The position numbers and the translations under genes are program-made. A stretch of DNA of 64,000 nt from Camelus ferus (lineage: Eukaryota): NCBI RefSeq assembly GCF_009834535.1, contig NC_045727.1:6572001-6636000 (forward strand), in the 5' to 3' direction. The notes beneath the pieces were generated by a model, which searched no databases, was not told where the DNA came from, and worked only from the letters and a program-made list of their open reading frames with translations. Below are positions 13,076 to 24,224 of this stretch, one piece after another. Each line of letters opens with the position of its first letter. The stretch's first letter is position 1.

Positions 13076-13879
13076 ATCCCTAACTAGTTTCCTCCGGCCT
13101 CTCAGAAGGAACCCAGATCCAGGGGGCTGCACTGCTGTTTCTGCAAAATCATCGCTTCCTCCACTTACATGTTCCTCTGAGCATCTCTTCCTCCTACCCT
13201 CTGTTCGCTTCTCATGCCCACCCTCCTCTGAAAACCACTGGTCAATTACATGGGTTTCATTGTTTAAGATCTCCTAGGGCAGAAAATTCAATTGATTGCC
13301 GTCTATTTTAGTTTTCTCTCAGAATGGCTTTTTTAAATTGGCAATAAGCACTTTAGTTCTCTCAAGAATTGTTCATTCAACAAAATGTTCCTAGCATTTT
13401 TAATAGTTATGTGTTGAGGGGAGAGAGGATGTCCCACAGCCTTCTCTTCCAGGTGCTCAAAATAATTAAGGAGATACGGGTCTGCTGTACAATCACAGAG
13501 GCTTCTCTCTCCCAGAGAATCAAGCCTCATTGCCAACAGAGTCAAAGGGTGAATACTGTGAAATCCTAAACCTTTCTCTGAAGGAAGGGGCATAAAAGAG
13601 TGAGGATGACTTACTTAAACTGGCCATCTCTAAAAAAAAAGTCGGAGGAGAGGGTATGGTGGTCATAGCTGGAGGCAGAGGGAAACAAATAAGAAACAAA
13701 ACTACATGCTTTGCATAGGCTGTTTCTTCTGTCTGGAATGTTGCCTCTCTTTCTCCAACTACTGAACTCTTATTCATGCTTCAAAACCCATATTAAACAT
13801 CATCACCTCTAAGATTTACATGAGCTTCTCCAGCCCCCAACATAGTCACTGACTTCTGTGGACGTACAGAGTACAATCC

Positions 13880-14110
13880 ACTTGGAGAACATGGAATGGC
13901 AGGTTCTTAATTAAGAGCTCATTTCTGGGTGAGATAACCCAGGATCAAATTCTCACTCCATCACTCCACTGGCTGTGCGACTTTTTGCAAATCATTCAAC
14001 TTCTCCAAGCCTCAGTTTCCACATCAGTAAAATGCTAGTGCACACAAACAACATGATGCCTGGAACGCGATAAATGCTCAGTAAAATGGTAGCAAATTTC
14101 TTCATTACTA
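13880..14110 (+). mobile_element. MIR SINE
   Basis: 'ggctgtgcgactttttgcaaatcattcaacttctccaagcctcagtttccacatcagtaaaatg'. Confidence 0.75.
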
Positions 14111-14169
14111 TCATCATGATCACTCCCTCCTCTGAATTCCCCTAAGCACAATTTTTCTGTTGTCCATTC

Positions 14170-14360
14170 CATTAATTTTCTATTTACTCTAGATGGCCTT
14201 GCTTTGTTAATCAACATTTCATGTGTGCATATCTCCTCTCCTTAACTACACTGCAAGGTCCCTGGGGGACAAGAATGCATCTTATACTTCTATATCTTCC
14301 ACAGCTCCAATAACAGTGCCAAACATGTAGTATGTGCTCAAATATTTGCTGAATAAATTC
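14170..14360 (+). mobile_element. L2 3' end
   Basis: 'aacagtgccaaacatgtagtatgtgctcaaatatttgctgaataaat'. Confidence 0.6.
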
Positions 14361-14904
14361 TTAAAGCTTTGGCTACAAGAATAGGTGCTTATTTTGCTTG
14401 GCAACAGAGTAACATTTGTATTTACATTCTGGTTTCTAAGGCTAATTTGATGTGGGTCTTATAATCATAAAAACCCCTCTAAACTCTCCCCTAATAATGG
14501 CAGAAGCCATCAATTAAATAAGCCATTAGATGTATCAACAATCTATTAATCCGCTCTTAGCAGAGGGACACTGGTTGATTTCTCAGCTGTCTGGCTGCAC
14601 AGAGGAATTAGATTTAACGGTAATATTCAGTGTGGTTTCCAGCTCTCCATCAACACTGCTTACTCTATGAAATGAGGATTAGATGATAATGTAGCTAATA
14701 TACATATGGAGATAGAGAAAGCCATGCAAATCGCATCAAACTCAGTTCCTGGCATACTGTGAAGCTTTGATACATGGCGGCTCTCGAAATATGGGGAGAT
14801 AGATCTTGAACTTCTAGCCTCCAGAACTGTGAGAGAATGCATTTCTGTTTTCTAAACCACCCAATTTGTGGTACTTCGCTGCAGTGGAAGCGGATAACTG
14901 AAAG

Positions 14905-15060
14905 GATGTTCAACTCTGGGTCTGGCACTTAACAGCTGTATGACCTTGGGCAAGTCATTTGATCCCGTTGATAACCAGTTTTCTCATAAGCAAAACAGGG
15001 GGGAAAAAAAACATCTGCACTGCAGAGCTATTATGAGGACTGAGTGAGCTAATATGCACG
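14905..15060 (+). mobile_element. MIR SINE
   Basis: 'gcacttaacagctgtatgaccttgggcaagtcatttgatcccgttgataaccagttttctcataagcaaaacagggg'. Confidence 0.7.
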
Positions 15061-15591
15061 ATATGATAGCTGTCCGGATTGGCACAGGTGACACAGGGCA
15101 GAAAAAGAGACAGAGCATCTGTCCTCCTGAGGTACACAACCTAGGGGAAGACACAAATACTCAGGTAGGACAAGAGGATAGCAGATGCTACGACAGAAGG
15201 CAGTACACAGGACTGAGAGGACACAGGGAGGCAGAAGACTAGCCAGGGCTCGTGTGCTGAGGTCACTGAAGGCTCCCCGCAAAGAGGGGAGTGCTGGCCA
15301 GTGCCCGACTTCGCGCCCTCCCTTCCATCATCGTCTGTGCGCTGGTGCTGACCTGCCACTACATCCCTGCTCCACCAGCTGCATCCCTGGTCGGTCTTGT
15401 AAGATGTAAGCCAGGTGGGAGGAGGCTGTGTGATTTCTAGGACCGCCACAGCGAAGTACCACAAACTGGGTGGCTTAGAAAACAGAAATGTATCCTCTCG
15501 TAGCTCTGGAGGCTGCAAGTGCAAGATCGAGGTGTCGGCAGGGTGGGCTCCTTCTGAGGGCTGACAGCGTCTGTCCCACGCCTCTCTCCTC

Positions 15592-15642
15592 GTTGCTGGT
15601 GGGTCGCTATCAGTTGCTGGCGGGTCGCTATCAGTTGCTGGC
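15592..15642. repeat. 21-bp tandem repeat, about 2.4 copies, inside the MLT1 LTR
   Basis: gttgctggtgggtcgctatca / gttgctggcgggtcgctatca / gttgctggc; it produces the PATDSDP repeat in ORF 15141-15644. Confidence 0.9.
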
Positions 15643-15698
15643 ATTCCTGAGCTGGTAAAAGCATCGCCCTCATCTCTGCCTTCACGTCCTCATGGACC

Positions 15699-15724
15699 GT
15701 GTGTGTGTGTGTGTGTGTGTGTGT
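15699..15724. repeat. (GT)13 microsatellite
   Basis: Read directly. Confidence 0.95.
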
Positions 15725-16189
15725 CTCCAAGTTCTCCCTTTTTACAGGGACACCAGTCATTCTGGATGAGGTTCACCTCAACTAATTACATCTGCGATGA
15801 CCCTAGTCCCAAGTAAGGGGTACTGGGGGTACTGGGGGCTACGACTTTACTGTATGAATTTGGGGGTGGGGATACAATTCAACCTTTCACGAGGGCAGAA
15901 AGGATTGCTCCTTCCAGTCTGCATCCTGTTCCTGACAGTGTGACTAGTTCTCCCCTGACCCTGGGTGGTGCCAGTTGGTTCCAGAAACAGAAGTTAGCCC
16001 CTGTGTCCAGGTGTTTCTCCTGGAAACCCCTTCATTATGCCCCATCAGAGTCACCAGTATCAGCTGGCCAGGGCCACCCCCTCAGAGGCAATCTCCTCCC
16101 CAGGGGGACCCTCCTCCAAATATGTAGATTCTAAAACTCAGCCTCTCCCCTTTAGGGGTGAAGGGCAGCCTCTCACATGCCCCCCAGTG

Positions 16190-16705
16190 ATCCCTGCCCC
16201 CTGATATTTGTGTCTTTGTGTAACCCCCTGCCCTGGAGTGCAGGAGACACTTGCTGACTCGCCTGACGGGATGTCACTTCAGAGATGAAAGAGTAAGACT
16301 GTGGCCTGCATCAAGGGTATTCTGGTTTGCTCACTTGATCAGATGAAGCCAGGAGCCGTGCTGAGAGCTTCCCTTTGGACAGGTCCCTGGGGCAATGAAC
16401 TGAGGGAGGCCTTCAGCCAATAGATAGTGATAAACACAGAGCTTCAGTCCAACAGCCCACGAGGAACTGACTCCTGCCAACAACCACTCAAAAGACCTTA
16501 CAAGCAGATGCCTCCCCAGTCCAGCCTTCAGATGAGACCCCAACCTTGGCTGCCACCTTGACTGCTGTAATGAGAGACCCTGAGGGAGAAGATCCAGCCA
16601 AGTCGCACCCAGTTTCTGGACACACAGAAAATATGAGATGATGAATGGTTGTTTTAAGATACTGAGCTGTGGGGTACTTTGTTATGCAGCAGTGGATAAC
16701 TAATC
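16190..16705 (+). mobile_element. MaLR solo LTR (MLT1E/F-like)
   Basis: 'cttcagtccaacagcccacgaggaactgactcctgccaacaaccac...ccagccttcagatgagacccc...ctttgttatgcagcagtggataactaatccac'. Confidence 0.75.
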
Positions 16706-16964
16706 CACTGCAGCGACTATCTCTGTGACCTCAGTGTTCCCTTTTTATCTTTTCCATCTTCAAGTAAGTGCTTAACCAATGCCCTATTAAATTCTCTCAG
16801 TTCAGTTAACTCCTTTGATTTCTATTTTCCTGATTAGATACCAACTGGTACAAGATGACATCTAAGTTGTGACCTTGAGGACAAATGAGAGTGAGCCAAG
16901 CAAAAGGATGGGAAGAGTGTTTCAGGAAGAGGATACAACATAGGCAAAGGCCTGGGAAACATTT

Positions 16965-17080
16965 ATTCTTTAAACACATTCATTAAGCACCACCTACTAT
17001 GTGCCAGGCCCTGTCCAAGGAATGAGATTACAAGTGAGAGAACAAGGTCCTACCCTCATGAAGACTGCACTGGCATGTTC
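16965..17080 (-). mobile_element. L2 3' end
   Basis: 'cacattcattaagcaccacctactatgtgccaggccctgtccaagg...ggtcctaccctcatgaag'. Confidence 0.65.
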
Positions 17081-17899
17081 AGAATAAGGCAGCAATAGGA
17101 CAAAAGCCAAGACCGGTACATCAGAGAGAGCCTGGGGGACACGTGCATCCCATTAAGATAGGAGCGCTTGGCGTTCTTAATTTAGGCATGACGTGAGTAA
17201 CCACCTCCCAGCTTCAGCATTTTCAACGGAGACGCAAGGATGACAAGCTCTCCCTCCCAGGACTGGAGCATCGACCAAATGAGCTTTGGGGGGGGCCTTC
17301 ACGTAGATTTGTGCAGGAGGCAGGGCTCGACTTCTGTTGAGACACAGGAGTCCTACTTTAATCACTGGCACTCCCCACTCAGAATGATCCAAGCTCTTCA
17401 TCTGCCCATGCGGCCAGCGGCCCTCTGTTGGCCTGGAGTTGGCTGCAGACAAGGCCCAGGTTAACAGGATTAAACAAAGAGCCTGTTGCTTCTGGCTCCA
17501 GCCGGCGGGTTGCTGGTCATTGATAAAAACAGGCTGTAATACAAAGAGCAACCCCCCTATGGCTACCCACCCCATAGATCATCAGCTACCAAGGGTTATT
17601 GAATTACCTTTAGAAGACGGATGACACCAAGCCGGAAGGCTGCTTGAGAAGGTTTCCCTTTGAATAATTCTGTGAAGAAAGCTGGGTTTGAGAAATGGGT
17701 CTTTCCACCAGCTCAGCCCCCTCCATGCCGTCTCCACCAGGTGCTTTCAAGATAAACACGTTTCCTTCTGGGCTGCCAGAGTATCTGCGACAAAGGAAGA
17801 AAACTTGCTGCCAGGCTCCAGGAAAGCATCTACTTCCGCCCAACGCACAAAAGGTGGTTTTGTTTTATTATTATTATTATTCATTTTTTCTGCTACTAA

Positions 17900-18118
17900 C
17901 CATTAACAATAGCTATGATGTTTTAAGCATATTCTATGTGCCAGGCAATGTGCAAAGCATTTGAGATCATTACATCCTTAAACAGCCACATGAGGCAAGT
18001 CGTGTTACTGTCTCCATTTGATGGATGAGAAAATTGAAACTCAGAGAGGTAATGTGACTTCCTCAAGGTCACACAGCTAGTCAGTGTTGGAGCTGAGACT
18101 CAGACCCACACTCTTAAC
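17900..18118 (-). mobile_element. MIR SINE
   Basis: 'ctatgtgccaggcaatgtgcaaagcattt...ccatttgatggatgagaaaattgaaactcagagaggtaatgtgacttcctcaaggtcacacagctagt'. Confidence 0.8.
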
Positions 18119-18119
18119 A

Positions 18120-18345
18120 GGAATCAGCAAACATGCTCTGTAAAGGGCCAGACAGTATTTTGGGCTTTGTAGGTCATCCAGTCTCTGTTCCGTTGCAACT
18201 AGTTCCCTCTGTCCTGGTAGTACAAAAGCAACCATGAATAACGCATAAACAAATGGGCGTGGCTGCATTCCAATACAGCTTTATTTACACAAACAGGCAG
18301 AGAACCTGATATGACTGATGAACCATGACCAACTATGACAACCTC
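18120..18345. mobile_element. MER58A (hAT-Charlie)
   Basis: 'cagcaaacatgctctgtaaagggccagacagtattttgggctttgtagg...aaacaaatgggcgtggctgcattccaatacagctttatttacac'. Confidence 0.75.
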
Positions 18346-18639
18346 TACTCTTAGTGGTTACATGGCACTACCTCCACATTTGGACTTTTGCAGTTTCCTT
18401 CACTTCTCTATTTCCACATCGAAAACATGCTGGCTCCTCGTGGAGTTACTTAGTTTATTCAGTTCATTTATAATTCCTCGATGGCCTTCTTGAAGGCTCT
18501 AGCTTTAAGGAAAACAAAGAGATTCTGCAAGGTGGAGAAGCAGGATGTGTAACAGATTTCAATCATTCGTTGTATCAGTGAGGAAAAGACTCATTACGCT
18601 GCAGTAACAATAAACCCCCAAATCTCGGGGACTTAGGAA

Positions 18640-18710
18640 AGGGCTTCTCAGCCTCGGCACTATTGATTTTGGGGGCTGGATGATTCTGTTATCCTGTGCA
18701 CCGGTGAAAA
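18640..18710. mobile_element. MER20 fragment (hAT-Charlie)
   Basis: 'ttctcagcctcggcactattgattttgggggctggatgattct' matches the recalled MER20 terminus. Confidence 0.5.
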
Positions 18711-18779
18711 AGGGGTGAAGGGGGATGGCTGGGGAAGCCTTTCCCACGGGAGTGACGAGAACTCTAAAGGGTGTGTGGG

Positions 18780-19660
18780 TATCAACTAGGTACAGAGGAG
18801 GGGGAAAGAATTGTAGGCAGAGAAGTGGGGAGGAGCCTGCCGCCTCAGGAGAGCTGAAAGGTCAGCGGCACGAACACACAGAATGTAAATGTGAGTGGTG
18901 TACGGTGCGGTTTAAGAGGACCACAGGGGCCGGATCATCCAGGGTTTGGCAGACCAGTTTAGAGGGTTTGGTTTTTCCCTTGCAGGCAACGAGGAGATAC
19001 TAAAAGTTTTAAGCAGGGATTGAAAAATCTACTCCGCATTAAATATACATATAATAGAAATACAATCAGTTTACAATGTGGTGTCAATTTCTGGTGTTCA
19101 GCACAATACTTCAGTCAAAAAGGAACATACATATATTAGTTTTCAAATTCTTTTTCACCGTAAATTACTACAAGATATTGAATATGGTTCCCTGTGCTAT
19201 ACAGTATGAACTTGTTTTACTCCGCATTTTGAACAGACCACTCAAGCCGCAACGTGGAGAATGGTGTAGTGGGGGACTGAGGGGGCTGATGCAGGGAGAC
19301 GGCTCAGCTGACTGTCCCCGTCTTCCAGGTGATGGGAGCTCAGGCCAGGGTGGTGGTGGTGGGGAAGACAGAGAGGAACACATGTATTTGAGAGATAATT
19401 GGACGTGAGATGTCAAGAGAGGAGAGGTTTTCAGACTGCCTTCTACATTTCTGGCCTGTATAACCAGATGGATGATTGTGGGGTTCACTGAGATAAGAAA
19501 CACTGGAGAAGGATCAGGTTGGGGGTCAGGGGAGGGGGGAGACACTACAGTCTGTAATAGACGGTGAGCTCAAGAAGTCTCTGGGGCAGCCAGGTGAATA
19601 TCAAGGAGGCAGGTGGATATATTCGTCTGCAACTCAGAGCAGAGACAAGGCTGACGTTAT
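18780..19660 (-). mobile_element. L2 LINE interrupted by a younger L1 3' end
   Basis: L2 motifs 'gttttaagcaggga' and 'atggattgtggggttcactgagataagaaacactggagaagga'-like text lie either side of the insert at 19041-19217. Confidence 0.75.
19041..19217 (-). mobile_element. 5'-truncated cetartiodactyl/camelid L1 3' end with TSD
   Basis: 'caatcagtttacaatgtggtgtcaatttctggtgttcagcac...aagatattgaatatggttccctgtgctatacag'; 11-bp TSD tactccgcatt at 19030-19040 and 19218-19228. Confidence 0.8.
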
Positions 19661-19721
19661 TAACACAAGAATAGAGATGCTCAACCCTCCCACTGCAGCC
19701 TGTGGCTTGGACCCCAATCCC

Positions 19722-19968
19722 TGGCTTCATCCTTTGTGCCTGGTTATCCTTGACTCCGTGGCTGTAACCATAACAACTCTACCAAGAACCATTTGTCTGC
19801 TTCCCTCAGAACTCATTCGTTCATTCAACAAACAGTCTTGGACCTCCTCATTTGTGACTGGTTATCCTTGAGTCAATGGCAGTAAGCATAACAACTCTAT
19901 AAAGACAGAACCATTTGTCTGCCTCCCTCAGAGTTCACTCATTGATTCATTCAACAAACACTCTTAGA
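19722..19968. repeat. diverged tandem duplication, period about 118 bp
   Basis: 'tggttatccttga...cataacaactcta...agaaccatttgtctgc..ccctcaga...ttcattcaacaaaca' starts at 19741 and again at 19859. Confidence 0.85.
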
Positions 19969-20399
19969 TGATGGTGTGTACCAGACTTTGTCCTTGGGGG
20001 CTGATGATACAGCAGGAAATGAGGACAAACAAGGTAATGATGGTCCTCAAAGGCTTTTAATATTTTATGGCTTCTTATTGTGTGTGAATTGCTCACAACA
20101 ATGGACTTTTGCTCCTCCATGTCAGGTCTGGAATAAATCATCCCACGCTGAAGGAAATGTTTGCCTGTAAAATGACCTCAAGATTTTCACATGAAAATAG
20201 AATTACAGTATCTCAGCCTTATATTGGTAGGATCCATTTAGTTCAATGACATCAAATAGATTTCTTCTCACACGGTCAACTTTAATTGATTGATGGTGGC
20301 TGCCTGGAGAGATAGGCCGAGAATGATTCAGTCAGAAAAAAACCAAAGTGATCAATTAGTGATTTTTGTCAGGGGTTTGATATGGCAGAGTAGGATGCT

Positions 20400-20820
20400 G
20401 TGTGATCATGGTTCTGATCTCAGATCCACCTTTTTTACGTACTGCTGGCTTCTGCTTGATGGTATCTTGTTAAGGAATTTTGTGTCACGTTTATGAAAGA
20501 CAATGGTCTATTACTTTAAATGTCCTCATCAGCTTTTCTTATCAGAGTTATGCTAATCTAAAGATACGCTCTGGAAATAATTCTCTTCTTCATTTTCTGA
20601 AAGGGGTTTGTGAAACCTTGGAATAACTTTACCCTTAAATTTTGATAAAATGGGCCAGTTGTGGTCGGGGAGGGAAGTTAAGGAGAGATTTTAGTTGTGA
20701 ATTCTATTTCTTAAATAGATACAGGGCTTTTTAGATTTTCTATTTCTTCTTCTGTTAATTTTGGTATGTTGTATTCTTCAAGGAATGTGTACCTTTCATC
20801 TAAGCTATCAAATTTAACCC
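20400..20820 (-). mobile_element. old L1M ORF2 fragment
   Basis: 'tttagattttctatttcttcttctgttaattttggtatgttgtattcttcaaggaatgtgtacctttcatctaagctatcaaattt' is antisense L1 ORF2. Confidence 0.6.
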
Positions 20821-21559
20821 ATTAATTTAAAAAATTGTGAAACCTAACCTTTTATGACAATTTATAAGCCCTGCAATACACAGGAAATAACAAGAACTCA
20901 GGGCTCCAGAGGCTGATTCAGTTGCTCTCAATCTGCCCGTCCCGATTTATCCTGCTTGCAAAAGCCACAGGGAAACGGTCTAAGGATCTTTCCCCAAGTG
21001 ACATACACATGCATTTTTGAATGCCCACGTGCTGCAGTATTTAGCACAATCTGATGACTGAGAGAAAAAGAGCTCTCCAGGAGAAAAATCACCTTTATCA
21101 GCACCAGACTGGAGCCTCAGATTTTAGCAATCTTACCTGCCAAAGAGGCCTGAGAGGCTCTTTGAGAAAACTCACAGTTCGCAAGAAAGAGAATCCACTT
21201 GGTTTCGGTTGCCCTGGGAAGTAGCCCAGGCTGCCCTCCCCTCGGCCCCCTCAGCTGAGTGCAAGAAGCCATTCCGTCCATGCAGATTCCTCCCTGCCCC
21301 GAGTCTGGGCCTGGCCGGGGGAAGACCAAGTCCCTAGGGACCTTCTCTGCCTGGCCTGACCTACTTGGATGTGACAAGCCTAATGAGAGTGGGAAGGGAG
21401 CTGATGGGGATGGACTGCGGTGGCCCGTGGGGGCTGAGCTAACAGGACTTGGCTCAAAATGCTCCTGTGGGAAGGTCTCTCCAGAGGAGAAGCATGTGTT
21501 AAATCTGGAAACATCAGTGCCCTGCTTACAATTTTTCAGTGACACCCTTTGTGCCCTCA

Positions 21560-22940
21560 TGAAATAATCCAAACTCCCTCCAGAAGCTTTGCACGACCCT
21601 GATCACTCCATGCTTCTTCCTCCATCCTTCCCCCAGCCACTGTCTTCTTCAAGTGAGACTGACCTACTCTTAGTTCCAAAATGGCAACTCGCCCTCCCTT
21701 CCCGCGGGGCCTGGCATGGGCGTCTCCCTTTGCCTCAACTCTGTCCTCCCTCTATTTTCACTTGGCTTGTCCTGCTTAAGTCAAAGCTGCAAGATCACTC
21801 ACGCCAGTGGCATTACCCACCAGCACAAGGCTGTGCCTGTCTGACGTGCTCCCCTAGCCCCCTGCACTCACTCATCCCTTTAGAACAGTCTGCATATTGG
21901 TTGACCGGTACCCCTCACTGGTCTGTGAGCTACATGGCCTCTCCCCCGAGTCCCGCAGTCCTATGATCAATGGGCTACTGGACGTCTCCATCTGGATGCC
22001 CATAAGCATGTCAGACCTAACACGTCCAATACTGAACTCCCAATTCCTCGTCCCAAACTCTTCCTCCCACAATCTTCCCCATCTCAGCAAACGGCAACTC
22101 CATCCGTTTAACTGCTCAAGCCGAAAACCTTGGTGTCATCCTTCACCCCTCGTGTTTCATCATATCGCACACCCCTATCCATTGGCAACACACCCTCCAA
22201 AACGTGTCTGGAGGCCGGCCGTGTCCCAGCACGTCAGAGCTGCTACCCGGATCCAAGCCCCACCCTCCCTCACCCAGGTTATTGCAACGGGCGCCCAGCT
22301 GGCCTCCCTGATCTAACCTTGCTTCTGTAAGTCCTGTTTCTAATGCAGCAGCCAGAGGAATCACTTGAAGAAAGATGTTAGATTATGTCACTTCTCTGCT
22401 TACAGCACCCCCTCCCTGCCCCATCTCACACACGGTATAAACCAAAGTCCTGGCCACGGCATACACATCCGGATAGGGTCTGACCCCAGCTACCTTCTTC
22501 CCACATCTCCTCCGTGCCCTCACTCCCTCATTCCCTCTGGCCACTCTGGCCTCCCTGCTGACCCTGGAACATGCCAACCATACTCCTGCCTTGCACCTTT
22601 GTACCTGCTATTCCCTCCGCCTGGAATGCTCGCCTTCCAGAGAGCCGTGTCATTCCTTCTCCCACTTCCTTCAGGCCTCTGCTCAAACCTCACTTGATGA
22701 AGGACATCCCCGTCTACCCTTTGCAGAATGGCAATCCCCACCCCTTCCAATTCTTCCATCCTCCCTCACTCTTCTATTTTCCTACATAACACCATCACCA
22801 CCTGACTTACACATTCCACAGTTGCCTATTTTTTATTTGTTTCCCTCACAGCAATGTAAGTGCCACGAAGCCAGGGACTTCTGCTTTTTCACTGCTGTAA
22901 CCACAGTGAGTAAGAGTGTCCAACCATATTGTTGGTTGAA
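21560..22940 (+). mobile_element. L2 LINE (long, fragmented)
   Basis: 'ctactggacgtctccatctggatgccc...acctaacacgtccaatactgaactcc' (RT C-terminus) followed by the pyrimidine-rich L2 3' region and a tail-like end. Confidence 0.85.
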
Positions 22941-23131
22941 AGACTAAACTTCCGACCACATGGTGGACTGACAGATGTAGACAATTCCCATTTCCCGAAC
23001 ACCTGTTGTTAGGAAAAAATGGAAATTGACACAGATGTAGACTCAAAAATAAGTAAAGGAACATCCCGAGGGGTCAGAAGTGAAAAGCATGTAAGACTAT
23101 AAACACTTCAAGCAAGGTCCAGGTGAGACCA

Positions 23132-23150
23132 GGGCAACCAGGGGGCGCCA
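23132..23150 (+). promoter_or_regulatory. candidate CTCF binding site
   Basis: gggcaaccagggggcgcca vs consensus TGGCCACCAGGGGGCGCTA, 16/19 identical, one core mismatch; motif evidence only. Confidence 0.5.
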
Positions 23151-23368
23151 CACACAGAACACGGCCCCGAGGGGTTAGGAGCTAGGGGCTAGGACTCTAG
23201 TATCACCAGGATAACCGGAGACGTGGTCTTGGGCCTCTGTACGGAAGGCAGCTGGATGGGAGACTCCTGCCTCAGAATCAGGCCTCTCAAAGAGACTAGA
23301 AAACTTCCCCAGCAGCCCAGGGAGGCTGCAGATGACTGTGCCATCGGCCTGGGCTCTTGGCGGTCTCC

Positions 23369-23850
23369 TAGTCTGGGTTCCTCCAAAGCAGATCCTGAAA
23401 CAGGGATTTGGGTTCAGAGAGTTTATTGAGGCAATAATCCCACAAGGCATAAAGGAAGTAGGGGAATTAAGAGAGAAAATGGAGAAAAGCCAATAAAGGT
23501 TGCATAATAAGCAAGTTACTGCTGGGGGAAACTGAGGCTCAGTCCTGCCAGGGAACCTCTGGGAGACCTCAGAACCATCCCTCCGAGGATGAGGGGTGGG
23601 ACATGAATCCATCAACTCCCATCCCCCAATGGTCTAAGGTTGCTCTGAGGGTGTTAATATCTCTGAACTTCCGGGTTATACCAGAGCTCAGACAAGACAA
23701 GCTCTCAGGCAGGAAGAAGGGGGAGAGGGGGCAAGCACTTGCGGTAAAAAGCTGTCATCAGCACCCTCGGGAATGTTTGCAGCTTAAGAAAAGCTCATGG
23801 GGACCAAAGGGATGCAAGGTGGGGCATCTACCATGTTGGGGGAAAAGAGT
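23369..23850 (-). mobile_element. ERVL LTR (LTR16-like)
   Basis: 'tagtctgggttcctccaaagcagatcctgaaacagggatttgggttcagagagtttattgagg' is the reversed LTR16-type 3' end with polyA signal. Confidence 0.6.
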
Positions 23851-24224
23851 CTCCTGTAAGAAATTGGAACCCCAAGCATATATGTACCATGGTACAGGAG
23901 TCAGACTTTTATACTCCCATGTGATACAGAAATCCTCAGCCAAAAACTCAACATAAATGTAAGTCTGGACTCTGAAGCTCTTGAGACGCAGGAGAAACAA
24001 AAGCAAAAAGACTGCATAAGATGGAATCTATTACCAGGGAAGTCTGTTGGAGTTTCCACCTCCCTCAGCGCAAAGTCCATGGACAGCAAGCTGGACCAGT
24101 GGAAATGACCAGCAGAAAGAGGACAGCCACGACCCCCTCAGCGTGGAGATTCTCCCACGTAGATACAGCAGTTAGAACAAACTGAGAGGACAGCCAGCTC
24201 ACCAAGGACACGTCAAAAAGAACT

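Larger units (their letters stand above)
15425..15885 (-). mobile_element. MaLR solo LTR (MLT1C/D-like)
   Basis: 'gtaccacaaactgggtggcttagaaaacagaaatgtatcctctcgtagctctggaggctgcaag...tatgaatttgggggtggggatacaattcaacc'. Confidence 0.85.

Noticed and set aside
15141-15644. 167-aa ORF with a PATDSDP repeat
   Set aside because: Largely inside an MLT1 LTR; the repeat comes from a 21-bp DNA duplication.
24067-24079. HNF4-type AGCGCAAAGTCCA
   Set aside because: An isolated 9-bp core is expected roughly once by chance in this window; no supporting cluster.
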